In this document: piece after piece, positions 1-9,524 of the stretch | Layout of the letters: each line of letters begins with the position of its first letter | How positions within the stretch are numbered: position 1 is the stretch's first letter | NCBI GenBank assembly: GCA_046483495.1 | Contig: JAWODC010000090.1 | Span: forward strand, 64,001 to 128,000 | DNA: 64,000 nucleotides | Direction of reading: 5' to 3' | Source of the DNA: Desulfobacterales bacterium | Lineage (GTDB): Bacteria; Desulfobacterota; Desulfobacteria; Desulfobacterales; UBA5616 | Translations under genes and position numbers: made by a program | Notes under the pieces: generated by a model | Seen by the model: the letters and a program-made list of their open reading frames with translations, nothing else | Database searches by the model: none | What the model was told of the DNA's origin: nothing

Positions 1-39
1 GACGCCTTTTCAGGCAACAGATGCCGTTTTCGGTTTATT

Positions 40-1320
40 TCAACCGGAAACTTCCCCTGCCGAGAGAACCGGCTCTGCAGTGAGCGTCGGCTTCAGATGG
101 GCGACAGGTTTCAGCAGAACGGCTATCGTTCCGCAAAGCAGCATCAGCGGTATCAAAAAATAAAAGACGGGTAAATACGAATGATAGGCGTCATATACGT
201 ATCCGGCACCGACCGGACCGATTGCTCCGCCGATGGTCCCCATAATATTCAGAATGCCGAACAGCGTGGCGAAATGTTTCACACCCAGGTATTCTCCCGC
301 CAACAGCGGGTTGATCACCAGCGGTGCGCCGCACGATAACCCGTAAATACTCGCAAAAACCAGCACGATCCAGTAAGGAACGGCCATGATGAGAAACACG
401 ATCGAAATGCAAAACAAGAGACATGAAAGGGCCATGGCATATTTAGCACCCCACCGGTCCGCCATCGGTCCGAAGACGACCTTCCCGATAACCATGACGC
501 CCATAACCATACTCCAGGCAAACGCCGCCCGTGTGGGTGAATGGCCGATATCCGTCAGGTACGCGACGCAGTGATTTGCCAGCCCGCCGTAAGCGATCGA
601 AATGATAAGCATGATCGCGGCAATCTGCCAGAACACTCGTAAAGAAAATGCCTCTTTGACGGTGACACCCCATTCAGGCTCCTCGGAAACGGCGGCCGCT
701 GTTTTGTGCCGGTAGGGTTTTAATCCGATTTCTCTGGGATGGGTTCGGATGACCAGGAGAATCAGCGGCACAACCACCACCAGCACCGTACTTCCGCTGA
801 ATACGAAAGCGGTTCGCCACCCGTAATTGACGATGATCCAATTCGCCACCGGCGACATGATCATGCCGCCGAAACTCGTGCCGACAAAAGCGGCGCTCAT
901 CGCCGCTCCGCGCCGCGAGACAAACCAGTTCGAGATGAGAAGAGAGCAGGGAATAATTGTGGAGCACATCAACCCCAGGCCGATAAAACCGAACAGCACG
1001 TAGAGGTGCCAGAGTTCCGTAATACGACTTGCGACAATGATGGCGACGCCCACGACGGCCGCTCCGATGGTCATGACCCGTTTGGCCCCGATTCGATCGA
1101 TCAGGACACCGGCAAACGGGGAAGCCACGGCGGACACGACCGAACCCACCAGCAGGGCGATGGACAATTCGCCCCGGCCCCAATTCATGCTGACAGCAAT
1201 GGGCTTGAGAAATACAGGGAAGGTATTGAACACCACCCCCCAGAGAAAAAACAGAATGAAAAAGCAGGCGGCGACAATGAAAAAACCATAAAAAAAACGT
1301 GGTGAATCCGACGATTTCAT
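40..1320 (-). CDS. MFS transporter (OFA/MCT-like)
   Basis: About 12 hydrophobic segments; MFS motif A twice (GVLIDRIGAKR, GPMADRWGAK). Confidence 0.92.
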   Translation of the reverse strand: MKSSDSPRFFYGFFIVAACFFILFFLWGVVFNTFPVFLKPIAVSMNWGRGELSIALLVGSVVSAVASPFAGVLIDRIGAKRVMTIGAAVVGVAIIVASRITELWHLYVLFGFIGLGLMCSTIIPCSLLISNWFVSRRGAAMSAAFVGTSFGGMIMSPVANWIIVNYGWRTAFVFSGSTVLVVVVPLILLVIRTHPREIGLKPYRHKTAAAVSEEPEWGVTVKEAFSLRVFWQIAAIMLIISIAYGGLANHCVAYLTDIGHSPTRAAFAWSMVMGVMVIGKVVFGPMADRWGAKYAMALSCLLFCISIVFLIMAVPYWIVLVFASIYGLSCGAPLVINPLLAGEYLGVKHFATLFGILNIMGTIGGAIGPVGAGYVYDAYHSYLPVFYFLIPLMLLCGTIAVLLKPVAHLKPTLTAEPVLSAGEVSG

Positions 1321-1353
1321 GGGCGGATCTCCTTTATTAAAACGGGTTATATA

Positions 1354-3027
1354 CTATTCGCCCGGTCCCCTGCCCTCCGTTTGGACTTCCAGTACGTAAG
1401 GCGTGTTGCCGGCAAAGGCCTCCCGCAGGGCCGGCTGCAATTCCTCCGGCTTCATTACTTTTCGGCCTTTAACCCCCATGCTGCCGGCCAATTCGACAAA
1501 ATCGATCGGCGGCTTTGTAAAATCCATGTGAGCATAAGGCGTTTCGGTGTCGATATGCTGAAGCGTGACATACCGGTTCATGTTGTATTTTAAAATTCTG
1601 TAGCCCCGGTTGGCCAGGATAACATACACTACCGGAATGTCATGGTGGGCGGCGGTCCACAAGCTCTGGATGGTGTACATGGCGGAACCGTCGCCGACCA
1701 AAGCAACGACAGGCCGCTCCGGATGTGCCAACTTGACGCCGATTGCCCCGGGCATTCCCTGTCCGATGCCGCCGCCGTGGTTCCCATAGAGTGTCCCCGG
1801 CCGATCGAACGGGATCACGGACAGCAGGTCGATATAGGCGGTTATCGCCTCGTTGTAAACCACTGCATTTTCCGGCAGGCACTCTTTTAAATCGGACATC
1901 AAACGAACCGGAGAAATGGGGACAGCGCCTCTTTTTTTGTCGGCGTTCTCGGCCGTCATCTTCCGGATATGCTCCTTTTGAACAGCCATTGCTTCAGCTC
2001 TTCTTTGAGCATCGCTTCGCACATCGGAACTCATTTTCTCCGCCAGATGTTTTTCGAGCAACGCCAATCCCTGTTTGGGATCTGCCAGTATTCCGATTTC
2101 GACCGGCAGGTTTTTGCCGATTTCCCAGGCAGCGGCGTCCAACTGAATCAGCTTGCAGCCCTCCGGCAGCGGAGACCCTTCACCGTAAAATACCGCCTCG
2201 AAAAGCCGGGCGCCCACCGCGAGAACCACGTCGGTGTCGCCGAGCATCTCGCGGGTTATGGATGCCTCTCCGGGAAGCAAACCCTGAAAATGAGGATGCG
2301 ACGTGGGAAAATTCAGCGCCCCCATCATCAGCGTGTTCCAAACCGGTGCCCCGAGCACTTCCGACATCCGGACCAGTTCATCGAATGCTTTCGACGCGGA
2401 TACGCCGTCACCGCATATGATTGCCGGCGATTTCGCCTGCAGCAGGAGATCCGCCGCCGCCTCTACTGCGCCGGGCCCCGGACGCATGTCCCGGTGATAC
2501 TTCCCCGGATCCGGAATTTCTTCTGTGAGATCGTCATCCAGAACATCCGCCGGGAGAGCGACGAATACCGGCCCTCGAGGTGGATCTTGAGCGATTTTGA
2601 ACGCCCGTGACATGACCACGGGAATGTCTTTTGCGTGCTGAATCTGAACAGACCACTTGGTCAACGGTTTAGCGATTTCCGCCAAATCGTGGGAAAGAAG
2701 GGGCTCCTGAATGAGCATTCGGCTGTCCTGCTGCCCGGCCGTGACCACGAGAGGCATTTTTCCCATGGCCGCATTATAAAGAGAGCCCATCGCGTTTCCT
2801 AACCCGGGCGCCACGTGCAAATTAACGACACCGGTCCGGCCTGAAGCATTGGCGTACATGTGGGCGATGGTCAGGGCAACCGCCTCCTGAAGGGTCAAAA
2901 TATAGCGTATGCTCGGATGTCCGTGAAGCGCCGTAATCAGCCCGAACTCTGTTGTCCCCGGATTTCCGAACACATACGCCACGTCGTGTTTTTCCAGAAC
3001 TTTGACAACCGCGTCTCTGCCTTTCAT
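1354..3027 (-). CDS. ThDP-dependent enzyme, benzoylformate decarboxylase-like
   Basis: FGNPGTTE, LQEAVA, NLHVAPGLGNAMG and the ThDP motif GDGSAMY...N; start moved to ATG 3027 (MKGRDA), which follows GGAGAG. Confidence 0.88.
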   Translation of the reverse strand: MKGRDAVVKVLEKHDVAYVFGNPGTTEFGLITALHGHPSIRYILTLQEAVALTIAHMYANASGRTGVVNLHVAPGLGNAMGSLYNAAMGKMPLVVTAGQQDSRMLIQEPLLSHDLAEIAKPLTKWSVQIQHAKDIPVVMSRAFKIAQDPPRGPVFVALPADVLDDDLTEEIPDPGKYHRDMRPGPGAVEAAADLLLQAKSPAIICGDGVSASKAFDELVRMSEVLGAPVWNTLMMGALNFPTSHPHFQGLLPGEASITREMLGDTDVVLAVGARLFEAVFYGEGSPLPEGCKLIQLDAAAWEIGKNLPVEIGILADPKQGLALLEKHLAEKMSSDVRSDAQRRAEAMAVQKEHIRKMTAENADKKRGAVPISPVRLMSDLKECLPENAVVYNEAITAYIDLLSVIPFDRPGTLYGNHGGGIGQGMPGAIGVKLAHPERPVVALVGDGSAMYTIQSLWTAAHHDIPVVYVILANRGYRILKYNMNRYVTLQHIDTETPYAHMDFTKPPIDFVELAGSMGVKGRKVMKPEELQPALREAFAGNTPYVLEVQTEGRGPGE

Positions 3028-3064
3028 AAATGATACTCTCCGCATGTAAGGTTCATCGGTCATA

Positions 3065-3898
3065 TCACACAACCATTCCGCCGTTCGGACTGATCACTTG
3101 ACCCACAAAGAAATCGGCGTCATCGGTTGACAGGAAAACCACCGCATTGGCGATTTCCCCGGGTTTTCCCATTCTCCCGATAGGTTTGCGTGAGGTGATA
3201 ATCGCTTTCACTTCAGGAGACATCGTATCCAAAAGCGGCGTATCGACATATCCCGGTGCAACGGCATTCACGTTGATGCCGGAGGCGATCACCTCGAGGG
3301 CCACGGACTTTGTAAATGCGATAATACCGCCCTTGGCCGCGGAATAGGAAGGCGCTCCGGGGCATCCCTGCATGCCGCAGATCGACGCCATGTTGATAAT
3401 TTTGCCACGCCTTTTTTCTTCCATAATTTTCAATGCTTCCCGGGTGCAGTAAAACGTGCCGTTTAAATGCACATCGATCATGCTGTGCCAGTACTCGTCC
3501 TTAAACGAAGACGTCACCCGCATGCCGTCCTGCGCCTTGCCAAGCGTTGCCGTTTCTTCCGTCATGCGCACATAAGTGGCGTTCACGGCGTCCGTGAATT
3601 CCTTCCAGTCGGCACGTGCGCTGAATCCCGCATTGTTCACCAGGATGTCAAGGGTTCCCCACCGGGACACCAATTCCTCGAACATGGCCCTTACCTGATC
3701 CACATTTCCGACATCCGCCTGAAGCCCGATGGCTTGAGCTCCGTTTTCTTTCAGCATGGAAAGCGTTTTTTCGATGCCGTCCGGATTGATATCGTTTACT
3801 GCGATGCAAGCTCCCTCGGCGGCCATTTGCCGGGCGATAGTCCTTCCGAATCCGGACCCCGAACCGGTGATCAGGGCCACTCTGTCTTTCAGCTTCAT
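3065..3898 (-). CDS. Classical SDR oxidoreductase (FabG-like)
   Basis: TGSGSGFG, NNAG, YSAAK, PGYVDT. Confidence 0.93.
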   Translation of the reverse strand: MKLKDRVALITGSGSGFGRTIARQMAAEGACIAVNDINPDGIEKTLSMLKENGAQAIGLQADVGNVDQVRAMFEELVSRWGTLDILVNNAGFSARADWKEFTDAVNATYVRMTEETATLGKAQDGMRVTSSFKDEYWHSMIDVHLNGTFYCTREALKIMEEKRRGKIINMASICGMQGCPGAPSYSAAKGGIIAFTKSVALEVIASGINVNAVAPGYVDTPLLDTMSPEVKAIITSRKPIGRMGKPGEIANAVVFLSTDDADFFVGQVISPNGGMVV

Positions 3899-4123
3899 CA
3901 GTTCTCCTTTCGTTGAAGATCGGCTGATTTATTGAAATCGAATTGTTTTTCTGCTGCTGCAATTCGTGCAGTGTTTTTCGCAAAGAGAATACGATATGTC
4001 CGGTCCAAAGCGAAGGAAGCGGACCATCGGTGCGGATCCGTTTCATATAGCGAATTTCACGGAAGAACACAAATCGAATTGCAAGGGATGAACGGTTTGT
4101 CCAGCATTGAACATCAGACGATG

Positions 4124-5008
4124 TCAATCGTCCTTCGGGTCCACGTGAACGAGAACCTTATCCACTTGTCTGACATCCCGAATAATGCAGGTTTCCACCG
4201 TTTTGGCGATATCATGCCCCCGGCTGACGCTCATTCGCCCATCCACTACCACATGGATCTCCATCTGCAAATGCCCTGCCAGGCTGCGAACCCTTAAATC
4301 GTGCACATCGAGAACACCGTTTACAGACAGTGAACAAGCCTTGATTTTATCGACAATTTCCTCTGGGGGTGCCGTATCCGTGATCTCCCTAAACGTGCTG
4401 GTAATTATTTCCACCGCTATTTTAGCGATAAAGAAGGCGACAACCAGGGCGGCAACCGAATCTAGAAAATACCATGAAGGATTTACGATAGCGCCGGTTA
4501 CTCCGATGAGAACGGCTATCGACGAAAGGGAGTCGGTTCTATGATGCCATGCATTTGCAATAATCAGCTGATTGCCGAGGCGCTTTCCGATGTAAACGGT
4601 GTATCGGTACATTGCCTCTTTCAGGACAATGGAAACAGCGGCTCCGGCAATCGCCGTAATCGTGGGATGCCGAATCTGCTTTTCGTAGATATCTGTGATC
4701 GCCTCCACACCGATAAAAGCACCCGTTGCCAGGAGAACCAGACCCACACCGGCGGAAGCCATTGTCTCTATTCTGCCGTGGCCGAAATGATGCTCCGAGT
4801 CCGGTGGTTTTCCACCCATTTGCAGCCCCAGCAGCACCACGACATCGGTAAATAGGTCCGATACCGAGTGCACGGCATCGGCAATCAATGCCCGGCTGTC
4901 CCCGAAAACACCGGCAGCCGCTTTCAGCAGGATCAAAAGGCTGTTGACGGCAAGTCCGGCAACCGTCACCCTTCTTCCGGCATTTTGGTGAATCGTGTTA
5001 CGGGTCAT
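4124..5008 (-). CDS. Cation diffusion facilitator transporter (FieF/MamB-like)
   Basis: SRALIADAVHSVSD, HHFGHGR, HHRTD, C-terminal VHVDP. Confidence 0.93.
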   Translation of the reverse strand: MTRNTIHQNAGRRVTVAGLAVNSLLILLKAAAGVFGDSRALIADAVHSVSDLFTDVVVLLGLQMGGKPPDSEHHFGHGRIETMASAGVGLVLLATGAFIGVEAITDIYEKQIRHPTITAIAGAAVSIVLKEAMYRYTVYIGKRLGNQLIIANAWHHRTDSLSSIAVLIGVTGAIVNPSWYFLDSVAALVVAFFIAKIAVEIITSTFREITDTAPPEEIVDKIKACSLSVNGVLDVHDLRVRSLAGHLQMEIHVVVDGRMSVSRGHDIAKTVETCIIRDVRQVDKVLVHVDPKDD

Positions 5009-5304
5009 GGTTCAAAACAGCCGGTCCTGGTGCGGGTGAATGGAAACCGTTTTCATGTTTTCGTTGCCGACGTTGATCGCATTTTCGGTAAAAGCGGGTT
5101 ATAAACGCCGATTCTGAGGCAAGGCGTGATGTGCAAACCGGTGGCCATTTTAACAGCCGGCATGTCGACCCGGTCCTCTTCCGGACCAAAATCGACAATT
5201 TTGGATCCAAACTCGCCAATTGCGTCGTTTAGCGAAAAAATATCGTAAACCCTTCAACTCGTCAATTCAAATTCCACCCGAAACGGATAATATTTTTTTG
5301 CCGG

Positions 5305-5333
5305 TTGTCTTGCCAATCCGCCAAATCTATACT
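5305..5333 (+). promoter_or_regulatory. Putative sigma-70 promoter of the AAA/VWA operon
   Basis: TTGTCT-N17-TATACT upstream of ATG 5459. Confidence 0.5.
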
Positions 5334-5458
5334 ATTAATTAAACAGTGCCGTTCGTAAACGGCTGGCACCTCCATTTCCGCGTTGATCCGGACCTGAGCC
5401 CCGACACATCCATCTCAAGCTGATACGCCACTTTTGACTTTCACAGGACAAAAAAACC

Positions 5459-6289
5459 ATGACCGAGGCAATCCGAAATATTCGAATCGATGAAAAAAGC
5501 TTTGAAATTACTACGGAGCCGTTTTATCTGCCGCAAGCCGGTGAAATGTTTTTATTCGAGGCGGCCTATAATAATCAACTGCCGGTAATGCTCAAGGGGC
5601 CTACCGGCAGCGGGAAAACCCGGTTGATCGAGCACATGGCCTGGAAATTGAAACGCCCCTTGTACACCGTTGCCTGCCATGATGACCTGAGCGCCAATGA
5701 TCTGGTCGGCCGTTACATCATCGTCGGGGACGAGGTGGAATGGATCGACGGTCCTCTGTTGATGGCCCTGAAGAACGGCGGCATCGTTTACCTTGACGAA
5801 ATTGTGGAGGCCAGAAAAGACACCACCGTTGTGATTCATCCCCTCACGGACCATCGCCGGTACCTGCATGTCGAGAAGCTGGGAAAAATATTCACCGCCA
5901 GAGACGAATTTATGCTGGTCATCAGCTACAATCCGAATTACCAGAGTATCGTCAAGGAGCTCAAACCCAGCACACGTCAGCGTTTTGTGACCATCGACCT
6001 GACCTGGCCCGAAGAGGAGCTCGAAATCCGGATCATCATTCAGGAAACCGGGGTCGACCGGACAACAGCCCGGAATCTGGTAAAGGCCGCCGGTAAAATT
6101 CGGCATCTCACGCACCAGGGGCTTGAAGAAGGTGTTTCGACCCGCGAACTGGTATATGCGGGGCTGCTGCTGAAAAGCGGGGTCGCACCCAAAGATGCGC
6201 TCTATGCCACTCTGGTGGAATCGCTGACCCATGACACGGACCTCAAGGAAGGCATAACAGAAGTGCTGAAAAATTATTTTCATTTTTAG
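5459..6289 (+). CDS. CbbQ/NirQ/NorQ-family MoxR AAA+ ATPase
   Basis: Walker A GPTGSGKT, Walker B VYLDE, EARKDTTVVIHPLTD, LKPSTRQRF, GVSTRELVYAG. Confidence 0.93.
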   Translation: MTEAIRNIRIDEKSFEITTEPFYLPQAGEMFLFEAAYNNQLPVMLKGPTGSGKTRLIEHMAWKLKRPLYTVACHDDLSANDLVGRYIIVGDEVEWIDGPLLMALKNGGIVYLDEIVEARKDTTVVIHPLTDHRRYLHVEKLGKIFTARDEFMLVISYNPNYQSIVKELKPSTRQRFVTIDLTWPEEELEIRIIIQETGVDRTTARNLVKAAGKIRHLTHQGLEEGVSTRELVYAGLLLKSGVAPKDALYATLVESLTHDTDLKEGITEVLKNYFHF

Positions 6290-7657
6290 ATGGTGTCCTG
6301 TCGAATTATGGATCCGAACATAGCCCATAAAAACCCCGAAACATTCGCCGGAACGTTTTCCACGGTCGATGAACGTTCATCTTTGGACGATCTCCTGGTG
6401 TCGGTCTCACGTTCGCTTTCCAAACAGGGATCGGACATCCCGGGAAAGGTAAGGCGGCTTGGCAGCCAAATTTCCCGGTACAGCCTGAAAACAGCAGCCG
6501 GGATGATCGTATGCAGCCCCGGAATCGTTGACCGGGTCGGCTTCCAGGGGCTCGAAAAAATTTCCCGTATCGGCATCGGGCTTTCCCGGAACTGTTGGGT
6601 AACCGCCGTGGAAATGTTCAAGAACAGTCCCGGATTGATTGACGTCCTCATGCCGATGGGGGGACGCAAACTGGTCCTGGATGTATATGAGCTGAGTGAG
6701 CGGGTCTGCCCATACAGCTGGAAAACCGCTGCCGGAATGCTGGACAGCAGCCCCTCGATCATCCGGCGGGTGGGCATCGAAGGGCTATACGCGATTGCGG
6801 AAATGGGGATACGGATAGCCCCGGGATGCTGGTTGACCGCTATGGGAAATTTCGAAAAAAGCCCGCGGCTTATCGACCGGCTGTCACGTTACTGCGACAA
6901 AGAAATGATCATGGATGTTTTGGACTTAGGCGCCGCAGCATCACATACCAGTTGGCAAATGGCCGTCCGCCTCATGGAAGAAAGCCCGGCGCTTATCAGC
7001 CGTGTCGGGTTTTCCGGGCTTCAAAAAATGGCGATTTTCGGTGGAAAGATTGCACGGCACAGTTGGCTCGGTGCCGTAGAAATGATTGAAAGAAGCACGG
7101 TACTCATCGATGATATCCTCGATCTCGGAACGGCATCGCTGGTGCTTGAAATTTGCGACACCTGCGGGCGGGCGGCGGATGTGTGTTGGCGTACCGCCGT
7201 TCACCTGTTTTACAAAAGTCCCTTTCTTATCGATCGTGTCGGAACGGCGGGATTTCAGCATGTGGCAGAGAAAGCCTGTGAACTGGCACAAAGCAATACG
7301 GAAAGGGCCGTTTCCTTCATAAACGGGGAATCGTTGGAGGGCGCCTCATTTATGGCCGGCATTTCGGACGGCATCGCGCTTTCGGAAGTGAAACCGATTC
7401 TTGCCAATTACCTCAATGCACTGTTGAGTTACCGCATTGAAATCGCCGGGGCCGTGGGTCACGCAACCGACGGGCGCAAGATTTTTCTTCCCGAAAGCGT
7501 GAACGATTTCAATGAGAAGAAGAAAAATTTCATGATGTATAAAATATACGCCACCCATGAAGAGGCCCACCTGGAATACGGCAGTTTCGACTTTTCCCTT
7601 TCCGAAATCCGGGAAACCGTGGATAACATCACCGCCCGTTATGGGAAACGGTCATGA
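6290..7657 (+). CDS. Repeat (probable alpha-solenoid) protein ending in the N-terminal part of a CbbO/NorD-like domain
   Basis: Seven [S/C]WxxAxxxxxxSPxxIxR repeats; C-terminal TDGRKIFLP and HEEAHLEYGSF; abuts the AAA gene and overlaps the next gene by ATGA; alternative start at 6308. Confidence 0.8.
   Translation: MVSCRIMDPNIAHKNPETFAGTFSTVDERSSLDDLLVSVSRSLSKQGSDIPGKVRRLGSQISRYSLKTAAGMIVCSPGIVDRVGFQGLEKISRIGIGLSRNCWVTAVEMFKNSPGLIDVLMPMGGRKLVLDVYELSERVCPYSWKTAAGMLDSSPSIIRRVGIEGLYAIAEMGIRIAPGCWLTAMGNFEKSPRLIDRLSRYCDKEMIMDVLDLGAAASHTSWQMAVRLMEESPALISRVGFSGLQKMAIFGGKIARHSWLGAVEMIERSTVLIDDILDLGTASLVLEICDTCGRAADVCWRTAVHLFYKSPFLIDRVGTAGFQHVAEKACELAQSNTERAVSFINGESLEGASFMAGISDGIALSEVKPILANYLNALLSYRIEIAGAVGHATDGRKIFLPESVNDFNEKKKNFMMYKIYATHEEAHLEYGSFDFSLSEIRETVDNITARYGKRS
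6482..7294 (+). repeat. Seven tandem protein repeats alternating 37 and 41 aa (78-aa super-repeat)
   Basis: Manual alignment of aa 65-335 gives unit lengths 37/41/37/41/37/41/37. Confidence 0.88.
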
Positions 7658-9369
7658 ACGGTGCAACCGATATCGAGACGTTTTTTCAGCTTTTTCCCGA
7701 ACCGAATATGGCCCGGGATCTTTTCAATATCCTCGAGGATTTCAGGATCGAGTCGCGAATAAAAGACGAATACCCCGTTCTGGGAGAACAGGTCATCGAG
7801 GTCAACCTGTTCCTGCTGAATCGGCGGCCGGACTTAGACGACATGGCCGGCGACAAGCAGCGGATCGTCGAAATCATCGGGCAGTGGCTCACCACTGGAA
7901 AAACGAAACAGGATGTTCCCCCCCGTCTATTATCGCTCTTTGAATTCGCCCAGGCCCTTGCCGGAAAATTGGAAACCCCGCGATCATCGATTCATGATGC
8001 GGCCGCCGTCGCTTCGGAAATGTATTTCAGCATCGATGACGCCTTTCCCAAGGATGCCTACCGTCCGGTTCTTCCTTTTTCCGCTTTTATCGACCCGATG
8101 AAAACCGACAGCTATGATGCACGGCTCGGCGGCAAAGACGGTTCCAAAAGCCGTTCAGAAGCAGAACCCGAGGATAAAGACGCATCCCGACCCCCTGCGA
8201 ATGCGGCTCCTATGGAAGACCGCACCCCGCCGGTGTCACATCGTTCCGATACCGCAACCGAAGACCATCGAGAACCGGTGTTCCGGCCTTCGGATCTGCC
8301 GGAATTCGAAGCGGAAAACCCGGCCGAAGATGCCGAAGAACCCAAAAAGCGTTCCAAACGTCTGCTATTCGGCGAAGACGGCATGCAGCCGGATGATATG
8401 GACGCTGCAGATCCATTTCCGAGCGAGGCGCCGTCACGGCCCGCTGTCCCGGAATTGAGATCCTCTTCTGCAACGGGAGAGGAGCTGGAGGCGGCCCCCA
8501 TCAGCTGCCTTTACCCGGAATGGGGCGTCGATATCGAAGGCTACCGCGTCAATTGGGCACGCGTGACAGAGCGCCGGTTGTCCGGCGGATCGGAAGATTT
8601 TTACCGTAGCACATTGACCAAGTACGCCGGACTGGTGAAGAAAATCAAACGGGAATTCCAGATGCTGAGACCCGAGGGTGTGATCAAGTTCAAACGACAG
8701 GTCGATGGAAATGAGATCGATCTCGATGCCGCCGTGGAATATTTCATCGATCGAAAACTGGGGATCACCCCGTCGGAAAAAAATTATATTCGCACCCGAA
8801 AAAGCAGCCGGGACATTGCGGTCGCCTTCCTTTTGGACATGAGCGGAAGCACCCGGGGCACCGCCATTTCCCTGGAAAAGGAGGCATTGATCATCCTGTC
8901 GGAAGCGTTGCACGAACTCGGCGATACGTTCTCGATATACGGCTTTTCCGGCCACACGAGGGAAAATGTGGAATTTTTCGTCATCAAGGATTTCCTGGAG
9001 CCTTATGACCATCGGATCACCAGGAAAATATCGGCGATACGCGACCTTCACAGCACCCGTATCGGTCCCGCCATCCGTCATACCCATACCAAACTAGGCA
9101 GGCGTGAGGAAAAATTCAAACTTTTGATACTGTTGAGTGACGGAAAACCCGAAGACAGCGGATACAACGACGCCTATGGAATTGAAGATACCCGTATGGC
9201 ATTGAAGGAAGGTTTACAACAGGGAATACGGCCGTTCTGTATCACAATCGATGCGGCTGCACCGGAATACCTGCACCGGATGTACAGCCACAGCAATTGG
9301 GTGGTGATCCAAAAAATGGAAAAGCTTCCCCTGGAAATTACCCGGGTATACAAGCGCTTAACCACTTAG
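7654..9369 (+). CDS. CbbO/NorD-like VWA-domain adaptor protein
   Basis: N-terminal LFNILEDFRIE, acidic low-complexity linker, YPEW, GNEIDLDAAV, MIDAS LLDMSGS, TRIGPAIRH, LSDGKP. Confidence 0.9.
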   Translation: MNGATDIETFFQLFPEPNMARDLFNILEDFRIESRIKDEYPVLGEQVIEVNLFLLNRRPDLDDMAGDKQRIVEIIGQWLTTGKTKQDVPPRLLSLFEFAQALAGKLETPRSSIHDAAAVASEMYFSIDDAFPKDAYRPVLPFSAFIDPMKTDSYDARLGGKDGSKSRSEAEPEDKDASRPPANAAPMEDRTPPVSHRSDTATEDHREPVFRPSDLPEFEAENPAEDAEEPKKRSKRLLFGEDGMQPDDMDAADPFPSEAPSRPAVPELRSSSATGEELEAAPISCLYPEWGVDIEGYRVNWARVTERRLSGGSEDFYRSTLTKYAGLVKKIKREFQMLRPEGVIKFKRQVDGNEIDLDAAVEYFIDRKLGITPSEKNYIRTRKSSRDIAVAFLLDMSGSTRGTAISLEKEALIILSEALHELGDTFSIYGFSGHTRENVEFFVIKDFLEPYDHRITRKISAIRDLHSTRIGPAIRHTHTKLGRREEKFKLLILLSDGKPEDSGYNDAYGIEDTRMALKEGLQQGIRPFCITIDAAAPEYLHRMYSHSNWVVIQKMEKLPLEITRVYKRLTT

Positions 9370-9511
9370 TACCCATCCAGAAATGGCTGATTCGCTCCAT
9401 TTCGGCGTTGGCCGGGTAATTTTAATCCTCAAAATACTCAATGTATTCGTGCGGTTAAAATTTCCCGGCCGCCTTGAACGGAATCGAATTATCTCATTTC
9501 TGGATGGATAC
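9369..9511 (+). mobile_element. 143-bp palindromic MITE/ERIC-like element, copy A
   Basis: Terminal inverted repeats GTACCCATCCAGAAATG / CATTTCTGGATGGATAC with an internal imperfect palindrome; 6 mismatches to the reverse complement of 48016-48158. Confidence 0.88.
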
Positions 9512-9524
9512 CACGTAGTTTCCA

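Noticed and set aside
5365..5380. Sigma-54 promoter TGGCAC upstream of the AAA gene
   Set aside because: The -12 element reads TTTC rather than TTGC
7643..7649. GGGAAAC slippery-like heptamer at the junction of the repeat gene and the VWA gene
   Set aside because: The upstream frame reads GGG-AAA, not G-GGA-AAC, so the register is wrong for a -1 shift into the VWA frame; the ATGA overlap explains the junction
5459..9369. Naming the operon norQD or cbbQO (denitrification or carbon fixation)
   Set aside because: No NO reductase or Rubisco gene is in the window, so family membership does not establish function
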